A stretch of DNA of 64,000 nt, from IMG/VR virus record IMGVR_UViG_3300044984_001421, positions 1 to 64,000 of that record, one strand, 5' to 3'. Of the stretch, positions 46,782-54,417 are shown in pieces (position 1 is the first letter of the stretch; each line of letters starts with the position of its first letter). Source of the stretch: a virus. The notes under the pieces are model-generated. The model was not told the DNA's origin, did not search any database, and saw nothing but the letters and a program-made list of their open reading frames with translations. A program made the position numbers and the translations under genes.

Positions 46782-47692
46782 AAGACACAGCAACCGTAGT
46801 CGACACGCTGGTCGGTACGTCGGCCATCAACGCGATGGTCACGAAGTCGAACCGGGACAAGATGCCTTCGGAAAAACTCGGTCGAGTATTGGCCGCGCTT
46901 GGGGTCAACCCGATAGGCAAAGACCCGCGCGGGTTCATGCTGTGGTCTAGCATCGCTGTGCAAGCGGTCATCCCAGGAATCAGAAAGGTCATCGAGGACG
47001 AGAAGTCTGTGATTGACAAGCTGTCCGAGCCGCAGAAAGAAGAACCAAAGCCGGCCGCATTGCCAGAATACGCGAACCTTATCGCCGACATGGACCACCG
47101 GGTCAGCCTGATCATCGGCGACATAATGGAGGATACGGTCGAGAAGGTCGCGCAGATGCACGCTGGGAATCAAACCATCTTCAAGACGCTGATCGAGCAC
47201 GACAAGAAGCGGAAGGACGAACATGATGCGGTCATGCAGAACCTGCTCGATGTGACATCTGGACTTGCGGCCATCGTTGCGAAACTGAATGAGCCGGTAG
47301 TCGATAAAAAACCCGCGCAGGCGCAGATTGCCGATCCAACTTCCAAAGAGATACCGCGAGTTGTTGAAATTCTTGAGTCGGCAATCCAAGGGAAAAAACA
47401 CCGTCCGCACATCGGCATCATCGGCATCACATCGCCGGCATCGTCGCAGATTGAAAAAGAGTTCTGCGATAGTTTCAAGATATCGATGCTCGGCCCGAAC
47501 GAGCCGCACAAGATCGTCAATATGCGCAACTGCGACCGCGTCTTTACGCTGCGCGGCAAGGTCATGTCGCGCCACATGAACGAACTCAAGAATATCGGAC
47601 AGAAGCCGTACAGTATCGGAGACAGCGTGAGCAAGATCCGCGACGCGCTGACGGCTTACTTCATCGAAGTGTCTGAGAAGGAGGCAGCATGA
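46778..47692 (+). CDS. Hypothetical protein
   Basis: ATGA-coupled 304-aa ORF. Confidence 0.6.
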   Translation: MKDTATVVDTLVGTSAINAMVTKSNRDKMPSEKLGRVLAALGVNPIGKDPRGFMLWSSIAVQAVIPGIRKVIEDEKSVIDKLSEPQKEEPKPAALPEYANLIADMDHRVSLIIGDIMEDTVEKVAQMHAGNQTIFKTLIEHDKKRKDEHDAVMQNLLDVTSGLAAIVAKLNEPVVDKKPAQAQIADPTSKEIPRVVEILESAIQGKKHRPHIGIIGITSPASSQIEKEFCDSFKISMLGPNEPHKIVNMRNCDRVFTLRGKVMSRHMNELKNIGQKPYSIGDSVSKIRDALTAYFIEVSEKEAA

Positions 47693-47925
47693 TGCTTCCG
47701 CAATCATCGGAACGCATCAGAAAGCTCAAGTCAGAAGGTGCTGCCAAACGTAAGCGCCTTATGTCTCTGGTGCCTGATGAATTCACCATAGCGCAGTTGG
47801 TGATGGCCTCTGGGATGAGCGCATCAGAAGCCAGATCACAGATCCAGAAAATGATGCGATGGAATGAAGTGAAGCAGACAAGCGAATACAAAACTCCACG
47901 CACATACAGAAAGGATGCAGCATGA
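47689..47925 (+). CDS. Small winged-helix-like protein
   Basis: AAGGAGG RBS; coupled. Confidence 0.5.
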   Translation: MMLPQSSERIRKLKSEGAAKRKRLMSLVPDEFTIAQLVMASGMSASEARSQIQKMMRWNEVKQTSEYKTPRTYRKDAA

Positions 47926-48206
47926 GCCGCCCTACACATCGAGGAAACACACTGTCCCCGGAAATGAATGCATCAGAACTGACCTATCTTGCGATGAGAG
48001 CAGGCCCGATTGATGCGTCTGCGCTCCGCATAAGAGCCGGAGGAATCAGCCACGCAAACAAGATGGTTCGCATCGGGCATGCGACGGTCAGTACAGACGG
48101 ACAGAATCCGGTCTACCGCATCACGAATGAAGGACGTGCAGCGTGCCCAAGCCGCCGCACAATCGAGAAGGAAATCGTTGAGATTTATCCGGGAGTGATG
48201 GCATGA
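47922..48206 (+). CDS. Hypothetical protein
   Basis: Coupled; YRITNEGR wing-like motif. Confidence 0.5.
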   Translation: MSRPTHRGNTLSPEMNASELTYLAMRAGPIDASALRIRAGGISHANKMVRIGHATVSTDGQNPVYRITNEGRAACPSRRTIEKEIVEIYPGVMA

Positions 48207-48466
48207 ACGAAACTGAACTCGAATCTCCGCGAGATGAAATGGGCCGGCTGCTCAGTCACGGTGAGCATTACTGGCTGGACTTGCCGATTCACCCCAATGC
48301 TGCTGCGGCTCTCGGAGAAGAACGGATGATCGTGATCTTCAACCAGACGATGGTGGCGCTCCACAACAACGTCGCCAACCGGCTGATATTTGCCTGGTCC
48401 GGTTCGATGCGTTACCCAGGCTGCCACGGTGATGTCGTGTTTAACGAAGCTGGGGATGCAGCATGA
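48203..48466 (+). CDS. Hypothetical protein
   Basis: ATGA-coupled. Confidence 0.5.
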   Translation: MNETELESPRDEMGRLLSHGEHYWLDLPIHPNAAAALGEERMIVIFNQTMVALHNNVANRLIFAWSGSMRYPGCHGDVVFNEAGDAA

Positions 48467-48783
48467 AAACAGCATCGAAACAAACCTTGGAAGCGCGCAT
48501 AGCAACGCTTGAGCGTCAGCTTCAAGAAGCCATAGCAGGGCAAGCGCACACCTACCACTTCGCTGACGCCTATCTGGACAAGGCGAGCACTAAACACCTC
48601 ATGGCTTCTGGTGTGATTCTGACCATGACGGTGCTCGGTGGGAGGGCAATCTGCGAACCAGTGTTGATCCGGGATGGGCTGTCAGACGAAACGATAGCCG
48701 CACTGAAGGCTGACATGCGCCGAAGTTACGAACTGGCGACCATGTACAAACCTAAACCGCTGCCACAAAAGGAAGAAAAATGA
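48463..48783 (+). CDS. Conserved phage hypothetical protein
   Basis: PV.IRDGLS.ETI.AL..D..RSYE motif. Confidence 0.6.
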   Translation: MKTASKQTLEARIATLERQLQEAIAGQAHTYHFADAYLDKASTKHLMASGVILTMTVLGGRAICEPVLIRDGLSDETIAALKADMRRSYELATMYKPKPLPQKEEK

Positions 48784-49148
48784 GCAACAAGCACTACGCG
48801 GAACGCGACGCCATGGAACAGGGGCAGTTCTACATCGACCACGTCATGGCAATGACAGCAGAGGAACTGCACAGCAAGGCGGACATCGCCGCAGAGTTAG
48901 CGCACCGAGACATCATCATCAAGAACCTCGAAAACCGCCTCGCTGTCTGGGAAGCCGGCACTGCTGCGGACATCTCGCGGTCGATGATCAAGACGGCAGA
49001 CAAACTCATGCAGGAGCGCGATGCCATCAAGTCCGCGCTCTCCGATCTGCTGTTTGTCATCAACCCGGACAAGGACGGGTCGTTTTTCATCTGCGAAGAA
49101 GGAGCGGTAATTATCGCTGCCGCGCGGATTACATTGGAGGAATCATGA
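48780..49148 (+). CDS. Conserved phage hypothetical protein
   Basis: YAERD..Y..HV.AMT.E.LHSK.DIAAELA.RD motif. Confidence 0.65.
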   Translation: MSNKHYAERDAMEQGQFYIDHVMAMTAEELHSKADIAAELAHRDIIIKNLENRLAVWEAGTAADISRSMIKTADKLMQERDAIKSALSDLLFVINPDKDGSFFICEEGAVIIAAARITLEES

Positions 49149-49369
49149 GCGAGAAAAACACAGGCGGGCCGGCGTTTCCGTTTGCATTTGCAGATGAAGA
49201 CCGGGTTAGTGATGGCATGACCATGCGCGATTACTTCGCGGCGAAGGCGATACCTTACGCACAAGAATCAGGTTTCTATGACAAAACAAAGCCTGGAACT
49301 TGGGCAGAACAGGTTGCGGTTGAGTGCTATGAGATGGCCGACGCAATGCTGAAAGCGAGGGAAGCATGA
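49145..49369 (+). CDS. Conserved small phage protein
   Basis: GGPAFP..GMT.RDYFAAKA..Y..ADAML..R motif. Confidence 0.75.
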   Translation: MSEKNTGGPAFPFAFADEDRVSDGMTMRDYFAAKAIPYAQESGFYDKTKPGTWAEQVAVECYEMADAMLKAREA

Positions 49370-49450
49370 GCCGGCCAGGACAAGGAACAGACATCAAGGT
49401 CGCCAGCCCGGCATGCCGGATGTTCGAGCAGAAATAACCGTTTTTTTATG

Positions 49451-49479
49451 TTGCTTTATAACAGTTTTGTTTGTACTGT
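49451..49479 (+). promoter_or_regulatory. Island promoter P3
   Basis: TTGCTT-17 nt-TACTGT with TATAACA-gttt-TGTT; ATG 7 nt downstream (49486). Confidence 0.6.
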
Positions 49480-49485
49480 AAGCGC

Positions 49486-49680
49486 ATGGACAGAAAAACA
49501 GCCATCCAGGTAATCAAGGTCGCCGGATACCACGGTGATACGAAAACATTCATGCGGACCTACTGCGAGAACAGGATCAGCTTCGCCGTCGCGGATAACT
49601 TCTTCCGCAAGGGTAAGCAAGCAAAGCTGGCCGGCATGAAGTGCGACTGCAACCAGTGCAAGAAGGAGAAAGGCGAATGA
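49486..49680 (+). CDS. Small Cys-containing protein
   Basis: AGYH.D...F.R.Y.E.RIS..C.C..C; apparently leaderless from P3. Confidence 0.55.
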   Translation: MDRKTAIQVIKVAGYHGDTKTFMRTYCENRISFAVADNFFRKGKQAKLAGMKCDCNQCKKEKGE

Positions 49681-49913
49681 GCACGCACACGGTCTTACAG
49701 TGCCACAAAACCAAGTGGCACAAGAATCCGGTGTCAGGTCACGAATGGCCTGAATTCACGTTCATCAACCGCTGGCAAGTTCAGGGCGGTGTGGCGCTTG
49801 GCGAAGTCTTCTTCAGCGAGAAAGCTGCGCAGAAGCATGCCGACTTCCTCAACAAGTTCTGCCCGCCTGAATACATCAAGCGCATCCAGGCGATAACTGC
49901 ACCGAAGGAGTGA
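49677..49913 (+). CDS. Hypothetical protein
   Basis: ATGA-coupled. Confidence 0.5.
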   Translation: MSTHTVLQCHKTKWHKNPVSGHEWPEFTFINRWQVQGGVALGEVFFSEKAAQKHADFLNKFCPPEYIKRIQAITAPKE

Positions 49914-49914
49914 C

Positions 49915-50262
49915 ATGGACAACAACAAGACCGCACTCATGCTATCCCAGGCCATACCGATGGGAGAGCACGACAACCCGCACGGAGAATGGATTCGGGT
50001 CCGTCTCGACGTTGTTCTTGACGCCATCGAGCAACTCAAAGACGCGGCACGTTACCGCTGGCTGATGGAGCGGATGCAGGAAGTCTATGACGGCGCTAAC
50101 TATGACATTGGTCATGTCGACATAAGCTGCATGATGATCTTCGGCCGCAAAGAAGTGCGTCGCGTGTCGGCAGAAATTAGCTGGTTCGATGAGCGAGACG
50201 AAGACCTCAACTTGAGCTCGGCAATTGACCGCGAACTCCAACAACCAACAACAAAGGATTGA
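49915..50262 (+). CDS. Hypothetical protein (KDAARYRWL motif)
   Basis: AAGGAG RBS; common phage motif. Confidence 0.6.
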   Translation: MDNNKTALMLSQAIPMGEHDNPHGEWIRVRLDVVLDAIEQLKDAARYRWLMERMQEVYDGANYDIGHVDISCMMIFGRKEVRRVSAEISWFDERDEDLNLSSAIDRELQQPTTKD

Positions 50263-50264
50263 AG

Positions 50265-50627
50265 ATGTGGATCGCACTTAATAACAGCTTCTTAAGCATT
50301 GTCCGAAAGCAGCCGCGCGACAAGTTCCTGACCGTCCGCGCCAGGGTTGCTGGCGACATTGAGCGCGTGTTCCCGGACGCTAAGGTCCAGGTCGGAGGCG
50401 GAACGGATTACAAGTTCCGCGCGCAGATCGGCGATAAGGTCGTGGCGGATGCCATCGCAAAGCAGATCAAAGGCATCAGCTACGGCAACTTTAAGGACAG
50501 CGTGCAGGACGATGACCGGCACGATGCCTACTTCAACGTGTGGCGCGCGATGATGGCGATGCAGAAGATGCCAGTCGACCACCGGCAAGATGCGATGTTT
50601 GACTTCTACGAAGACAGTGTCGATTGA
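50265..50627 (+). CDS. Conserved phage hypothetical protein
   Basis: MWI....FLSIV..L.VRAR..DY..RA..I.Y.NFK. Confidence 0.65.
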   Translation: MWIALNNSFLSIVRKQPRDKFLTVRARVAGDIERVFPDAKVQVGGGTDYKFRAQIGDKVVADAIAKQIKGISYGNFKDSVQDDDRHDAYFNVWRAMMAMQKMPVDHRQDAMFDFYEDSVD

Positions 50628-50629
50628 TT

Positions 50630-50693
50630 ACGCAACGCTGGCGTAACCGGCGCGCAGCGAAGCGGAGCGTCCGCGTTGACGCAAATGTTAGAA
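50630..50693 (-). repeat. attC site A
   Basis: Minus strand: TTCTAAC atttg CGTCAACG ...GCTTCGC... GGTTACG ccagc GTTGCGT. Confidence 0.8.
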
Positions 50694-50711
50694 CTCAGGA
50701 GGGAATAGACC

Positions 50712-50918
50712 ATGCAACTCAGAGAGGGCGAAGTGGCTTTTGTGATGGCGCAAATTGCGCTGCTGAACTGCGAAGTGGCTGGCATGCAGGCCGAAAACAC
50801 GCACCGCCTGAACTGCGGAAATTCCGTTGCCTACGGCGCGGACGAGTTCGCGGCCGTGCGGCAGCAGTACGAGGCGCTGATCGGCAGCAACGCGATCTTA
50901 GAGATGGCGCGGTCATGA
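50712..50918 (+). CDS. Cassette-borne hypothetical protein
   Basis: AGGAGG RBS; GM.AEN..R...G.S.AY motif. Confidence 0.65.
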   Translation: MQLREGEVAFVMAQIALLNCEVAGMQAENTHRLNCGNSVAYGADEFAAVRQQYEALIGSNAILEMARS

Positions 50919-50976
50919 GTTCTAACGAATGACGTGTTAGCCACGACACGCTAAAACGTGGCACCACTGAGAGGAT

Positions 50977-51345
50977 ATGAACGTGCGAACTTTGACTGAC
51001 CATAAGATTAACCCCGGCAATGACACGCTGACCATTACCGTGCTGGACGAACCTGGGCACGGTGGAGCAAACCACGCCTACGACATCGAAGGTGGCGAGG
51101 CGGTACCGACGCACCTGCGCTTTCAAAACGGCCCGATCAACGCGGACGGCAACGGCGTGAATGGCATTACTCACGAGGCGTTGCTTGCGGTGCTGTGTGA
51201 CCGCCTGCGTGGGTTCCAGGCGGGGCAGTATGCCTGCAAAGCGAACGCTTGCGCACTGACCCACCTGGAAGAAGCACAGCACTGGCTGCAACAGCGCACC
51301 ATCGAGCGTATGCGGCGTGGCGTCGAAGGCACGCACACGGTTTGA
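50977..51345 (+). CDS. tad1: Tad1-like anti-Thoeris signalling-molecule sponge
   Basis: G.GGA.H.Y, FQNG, DRL..FQAG, NACALTHLEEA..W..R..R..R.V.GT match the recalled Tad1 signature. Confidence 0.78.
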   Translation: MNVRTLTDHKINPGNDTLTITVLDEPGHGGANHAYDIEGGEAVPTHLRFQNGPINADGNGVNGITHEALLAVLCDRLRGFQAGQYACKANACALTHLEEAQHWLQQRTIERMRRGVEGTHTV

Positions 51346-51381
51346 TGTTATGGCCGGCATGACGACGCGAGAACTCATGCC

Positions 51382-51472
51382 GGCTAACGAACCAGCTAAG
51401 TGGCGCGCGTGACCAAGCCAAACGAAGCTGCGCCGGATGTTCGCGCGTCCCGCCTTGAGCGCCTTGTTGGGC
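51382..51472 (-). repeat. attC site C
   Basis: Minus strand: GCCCAAC aaggc GCTCAAG ...GCGCG/CGCGC... CTTAGC tggttc GTTAGCC. Confidence 0.8.
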
Positions 51473-51636
51473 TTCTCTGGGCGATCATCTGGCGTCGATG
51501 GATGACTGGGCCTGGCGGTCACAAGCGGCGAGTGGTGCGCGTTAAGGGGTGGCGCACAGCCATCGTCGAGAGCGACTGGGAAATGCGCGTGACGGTGACG
51601 CCGTGTTTCTCGGTTTTTGGATGGCGGTTCGATTGA
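51409..51636 (+). CDS. Cassette-borne hypothetical protein starting inside attC
   Basis: Only ORF that fills the cassette; start uncertain. Confidence 0.4.
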   Translation: MTKPNEAAPDVRASRLERLVGLLWAIIWRRWMTGPGGHKRRVVRVKGWRTAIVESDWEMRVTVTPCFSVFGWRFD

Positions 51637-51640
51637 TGAC

Positions 51641-51708
51641 GCCGAACGCCTAGCTAACCGGCGCAGGCGGCCTTATCGCCTGCGTCCGGGTTGAGCGACG
51701 TGTTATGC
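51641..51708 (-). repeat. attC site D
   Basis: Minus strand: GCATAAC acgtc GCTCAACC ..GCAGGCG/CGCCTGC.. GGTTAGC taggc GTTCGGC. Confidence 0.85.
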
Positions 51709-51731
51709 CTTTGACAACGAAAGGATGCGCA

Positions 51732-52415
51732 ATGGAACACACAAAAGAGCGTTGGGAGTGGTCGGAGCACAAATTCAACGCGCCGCCGTTCGAGGGGACA
51801 CTTGACCACGAATGCGGCATTTACCCACCAGACGGCGAGAGCGGCCCTGTGGCGATAGCCAGCGGGAAGAACGACGCACGGCGCATTGTGGCTTGCGTGA
51901 ATGCTTGCGCCGGAGTGACGACGGAAGAACTTGAGCAGGGCGGGTTTGTTTCTGGACTGATTGAGCAGCGCGACGAGCTTGCAAAACTGTGCAACTACAA
52001 CGAGCGCTTGATGCAGGACTGTTTGCGCCTGGCCGAAGAAGCGCCGCGCTGGCGTGATGTGGTTGATGAGCTTCCGCAAGAGGCGCAAGAAGTGCTGTTT
52101 GTGCGTGACGGAAAGACAGTTCACGGCGCGTGGATTGGCGGGATATTCTGGCACAGCAACAAGAAGATGGCCGCTGCGCAATGGATGCCACTGCCGAAAC
52201 CGCCAACGGCGGCGCTTGCGAGACGGCGGCCTGTGGCGTGGATTCGGTTTTGCAGCGACGGATGCTACGAGGGGCCGATCATGGACGCACAGATTGAAGA
52301 TGTGCGAAAGCAAAGCGGGGCATGGACTCCGCTCTATAAGCACAACGACTTGCGACTGGTGCAGGTTGGTCCCTGCACATGCAGCGACCACGAATGCGGG
52401 GAGTGCATGCGATGA
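51732..52415 (+). CDS. Cassette-borne mosaic phage protein (DUF551-like segment)
   Basis: DARRIVACVNACAG, W....ELP..WMPLP.PP motifs. Confidence 0.65.
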   Translation: MEHTKERWEWSEHKFNAPPFEGTLDHECGIYPPDGESGPVAIASGKNDARRIVACVNACAGVTTEELEQGGFVSGLIEQRDELAKLCNYNERLMQDCLRLAEEAPRWRDVVDELPQEAQEVLFVRDGKTVHGAWIGGIFWHSNKKMAAAQWMPLPKPPTAALARRRPVAWIRFCSDGCYEGPIMDAQIEDVRKQSGAWTPLYKHNDLRLVQVGPCTCSDHECGECMR

Positions 52416-52654
52416 ACTTCGACGACTGGATGGCTACGCAAAACCCTAAGTACATGCCGACCGACGACACTGTGGCGCTGAGGTTGCTGCGCGATTGCTG
52501 GAGAGCGGCGGAGTTCCACAGTGATAGAGCGCAGGAGCGCGAGCGGATGATTGCACTGATGCGAGATAAGTGCAGGAAAGTCGGCGCTGACAGGACGGCG
52601 GCACCTCATGGGCGTTGCGGCATACCAGGAATGCTTGGACACCATGAGGCATAA
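52412..52654 (+). CDS. Cassette-borne hypothetical protein
   Basis: ATGA-coupled; its TAA lies inside the GCATAAC boundary. Confidence 0.5.
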   Translation: MNFDDWMATQNPKYMPTDDTVALRLLRDCWRAAEFHSDRAQERERMIALMRDKCRKVGADRTAAPHGRCGIPGMLGHHEA

Positions 52655-52702
52655 CGCATGAGACACAGCAGAATTGACGTATAACTGCGAAATCTAGATG
52701 TT

Positions 52703-53926
52703 TTACTTCATGCCAGCCTTGCTGATGACATCGTGATCTGCTTCGCTATCCAGATACAGATGAAGATCTGACTCTGGAACAAGATGCGCTGCCTGGCTCT
52801 CCCAGCCAACGTCCGCAGGCGTTCCTCCGACACGAACCGCATGATAGTAGCGTGTTACAGATGACGTCCGGTCGACGTCACAGGCATAGCCTACGATCTT
52901 CACCTTCAGGCCGGATTCTTCGAACACTTCCTTGATGGCATTCGCCTGCCAGGACATCTCGTCCTCGATTTTCCCTTTAGGGAACGTGTTTTTATAGCCG
53001 CCGAACTGGTTGGTCGGAGACACCAGCCAGACACGACCATCCGGCTCTTTGATGATGCAGCCTGATGCCGGCTTGAGTCCTTGCTTCAGATGCATGACAG
53101 GCTCGTCCAGGTCTTCCATCTGCCCTTCGACGTAATCCCACTCTTCGTCGGTCTTGGGATGATCCAGCCAGGGTGACAACGCGAGTCCGTTCAATTCGTC
53201 CGGGCAAGCGCCACCAGGGATGAACGTCGCCGTCTTCTTCTGGTCGTGCCAGGTTTCAGGCGCAGTCTGATGATTCGGGTTGTAGATCCCGACCGGCTTA
53301 CCGTTGTCGCCGTTCTTCGGGTGGTAGACCTTGGGCGGCGCTTTCGGCAGCGTGTGGAACAGGAACGAGCCGCCACCCATGCCGTACTGCGGCGCGACAA
53401 TCTTCTGGTGCGGCTGCGTACTCAGTTTCTTGATCTTGCCGGAGTCGGTGTGCTTGATGCGGAACAGCGATCCTTGGCGCTCGTAGTCCTTGACGACCGT
53501 GCCGTCCTTCTTTGTGTGACCGTGGACGTGCGACTTCGCCATCGTCTCGCCACCGGCAAGCATTTTGTCTACTGCCTTCTTTGCGTCTTCAATGCCGCCA
53601 GGATTCGCCCATGCCTGCGCACGGTAGTGGTCAGAGGACTTCTCTCCGGTGGATGGGTTGACGACCAGTTTGTAATCATGCCGGTCGAGTATCTCGAACA
53701 CCGTGGTAACAGTTTTCTTCGTGCCAGCCTTCATCTGCCCAAACACAGATTTTGTTGCCTTTTTCGAGCCTTCACGCTTGAACACGCGCAACCGAAAGCC
53801 ACGATACGGCTCGCCGACGTTGTGCTCAGTTCTTGAGTCCTCATGGGCGCGAACGGCTGTGCCGTCTTTGCGCACAAAGCCGTGGACGTGCGACTTCAAC
53901 AACCCGGAGTCGGTGACAACGATCAT
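52703..53926 (-). CDS. NUDIX hydrolase with two capsid-tag copies
   Basis: FPKGKIEDEMSWQANAIKEVFEESGL Nudix box; LLKSHVHGFVRKDG and MAKSHVHGHTKKDG. Confidence 0.8.
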   Translation of the reverse strand: MIVVTDSGLLKSHVHGFVRKDGTAVRAHEDSRTEHNVGEPYRGFRLRVFKREGSKKATKSVFGQMKAGTKKTVTTVFEILDRHDYKLVVNPSTGEKSSDHYRAQAWANPGGIEDAKKAVDKMLAGGETMAKSHVHGHTKKDGTVVKDYERQGSLFRIKHTDSGKIKKLSTQPHQKIVAPQYGMGGGSFLFHTLPKAPPKVYHPKNGDNGKPVGIYNPNHQTAPETWHDQKKTATFIPGGACPDELNGLALSPWLDHPKTDEEWDYVEGQMEDLDEPVMHLKQGLKPASGCIIKEPDGRVWLVSPTNQFGGYKNTFPKGKIEDEMSWQANAIKEVFEESGLKVKIVGYACDVDRTSSVTRYYHAVRVGGTPADVGWESQAAHLVPESDLHLYLDSEADHDVISKAGMK

Positions 53927-54417
53927 GCCGGCATCCTTTCTTCTGCTCCCATCAGAACTTTGACCGCGTACTGCAGCGACGGCTTGAGCATCACACCAAA
54001 CAGCATGTCGTCGCCATCGGCCAGCTTCCACTTCTCGATAACCAGCGCAGCCAGCCAGTCGAACAGGACCGCGACAGGATCATCGGCGAACTCATGCCGG
54101 TGAGCATGCCAATGCGGTCCCAGGTCAATCTTCAGCTTGTTGCCCAGCGTGAAGTCGTTATAGCCATTGATGATGCTGTAACCAGGGTCACGCCCGGAGA
54201 AGATGCCGGCCAGACGGGTGATCTCAGAGCCAAGTTCAGCATGCGCAGAATCTCCCGGAACCTCTCCGGAAGACGCTGCCATGGCAATCGCTTCAACCTT
54301 GGCGGCGAATCCACCAACCAAGCCGGCGACTACATCAGGATTGCCAAGACTGGTCGCGCTTGACGGGTCCGAGAAGGCTCCTGGCGATACACGATAACGG
54401 TCTCTTTCTTGTCCCAT
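53923..54417 (-). CDS. Hypothetical protein (possible immunity/chaperone)
   Basis: Helical 164-aa ORF between the ART and NUDIX genes; lacks the tag. Confidence 0.5.
   Translation of the reverse strand: MGQERDRYRVSPGAFSDPSSATSLGNPDVVAGLVGGFAAKVEAIAMAASSGEVPGDSAHAELGSEITRLAGIFSGRDPGYSIINGYNDFTLGNKLKIDLGPHWHAHRHEFADDPVAVLFDWLAALVIEKWKLADGDDMLFGVMLKPSLQYAVKVLMGAEERMPA

Larger units (their letters stand above)
50630..52655 (-). mobile_element. Integron-type gene cassette array (CALIN-like, 4 cassettes, no intI in window)
   Basis: attC sites at 50630-50693, 50920-50942 (internally deleted), 51382-51472 and 51641-51708. Each cassette's two ends are complementary. Confidence 0.8.

Noticed and set aside
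51346-51388. Extra empty mini-cassette (GCCGGCATGA inverted repeat)
   Set aside because: No associated L boxes or separate attC; it may simply be a hairpin after tad1.
50630-51708. CRISPR array or plain terminators
   Set aside because: The units are non-identical, separated by genes, lack U-tracts and show attC box geometry.
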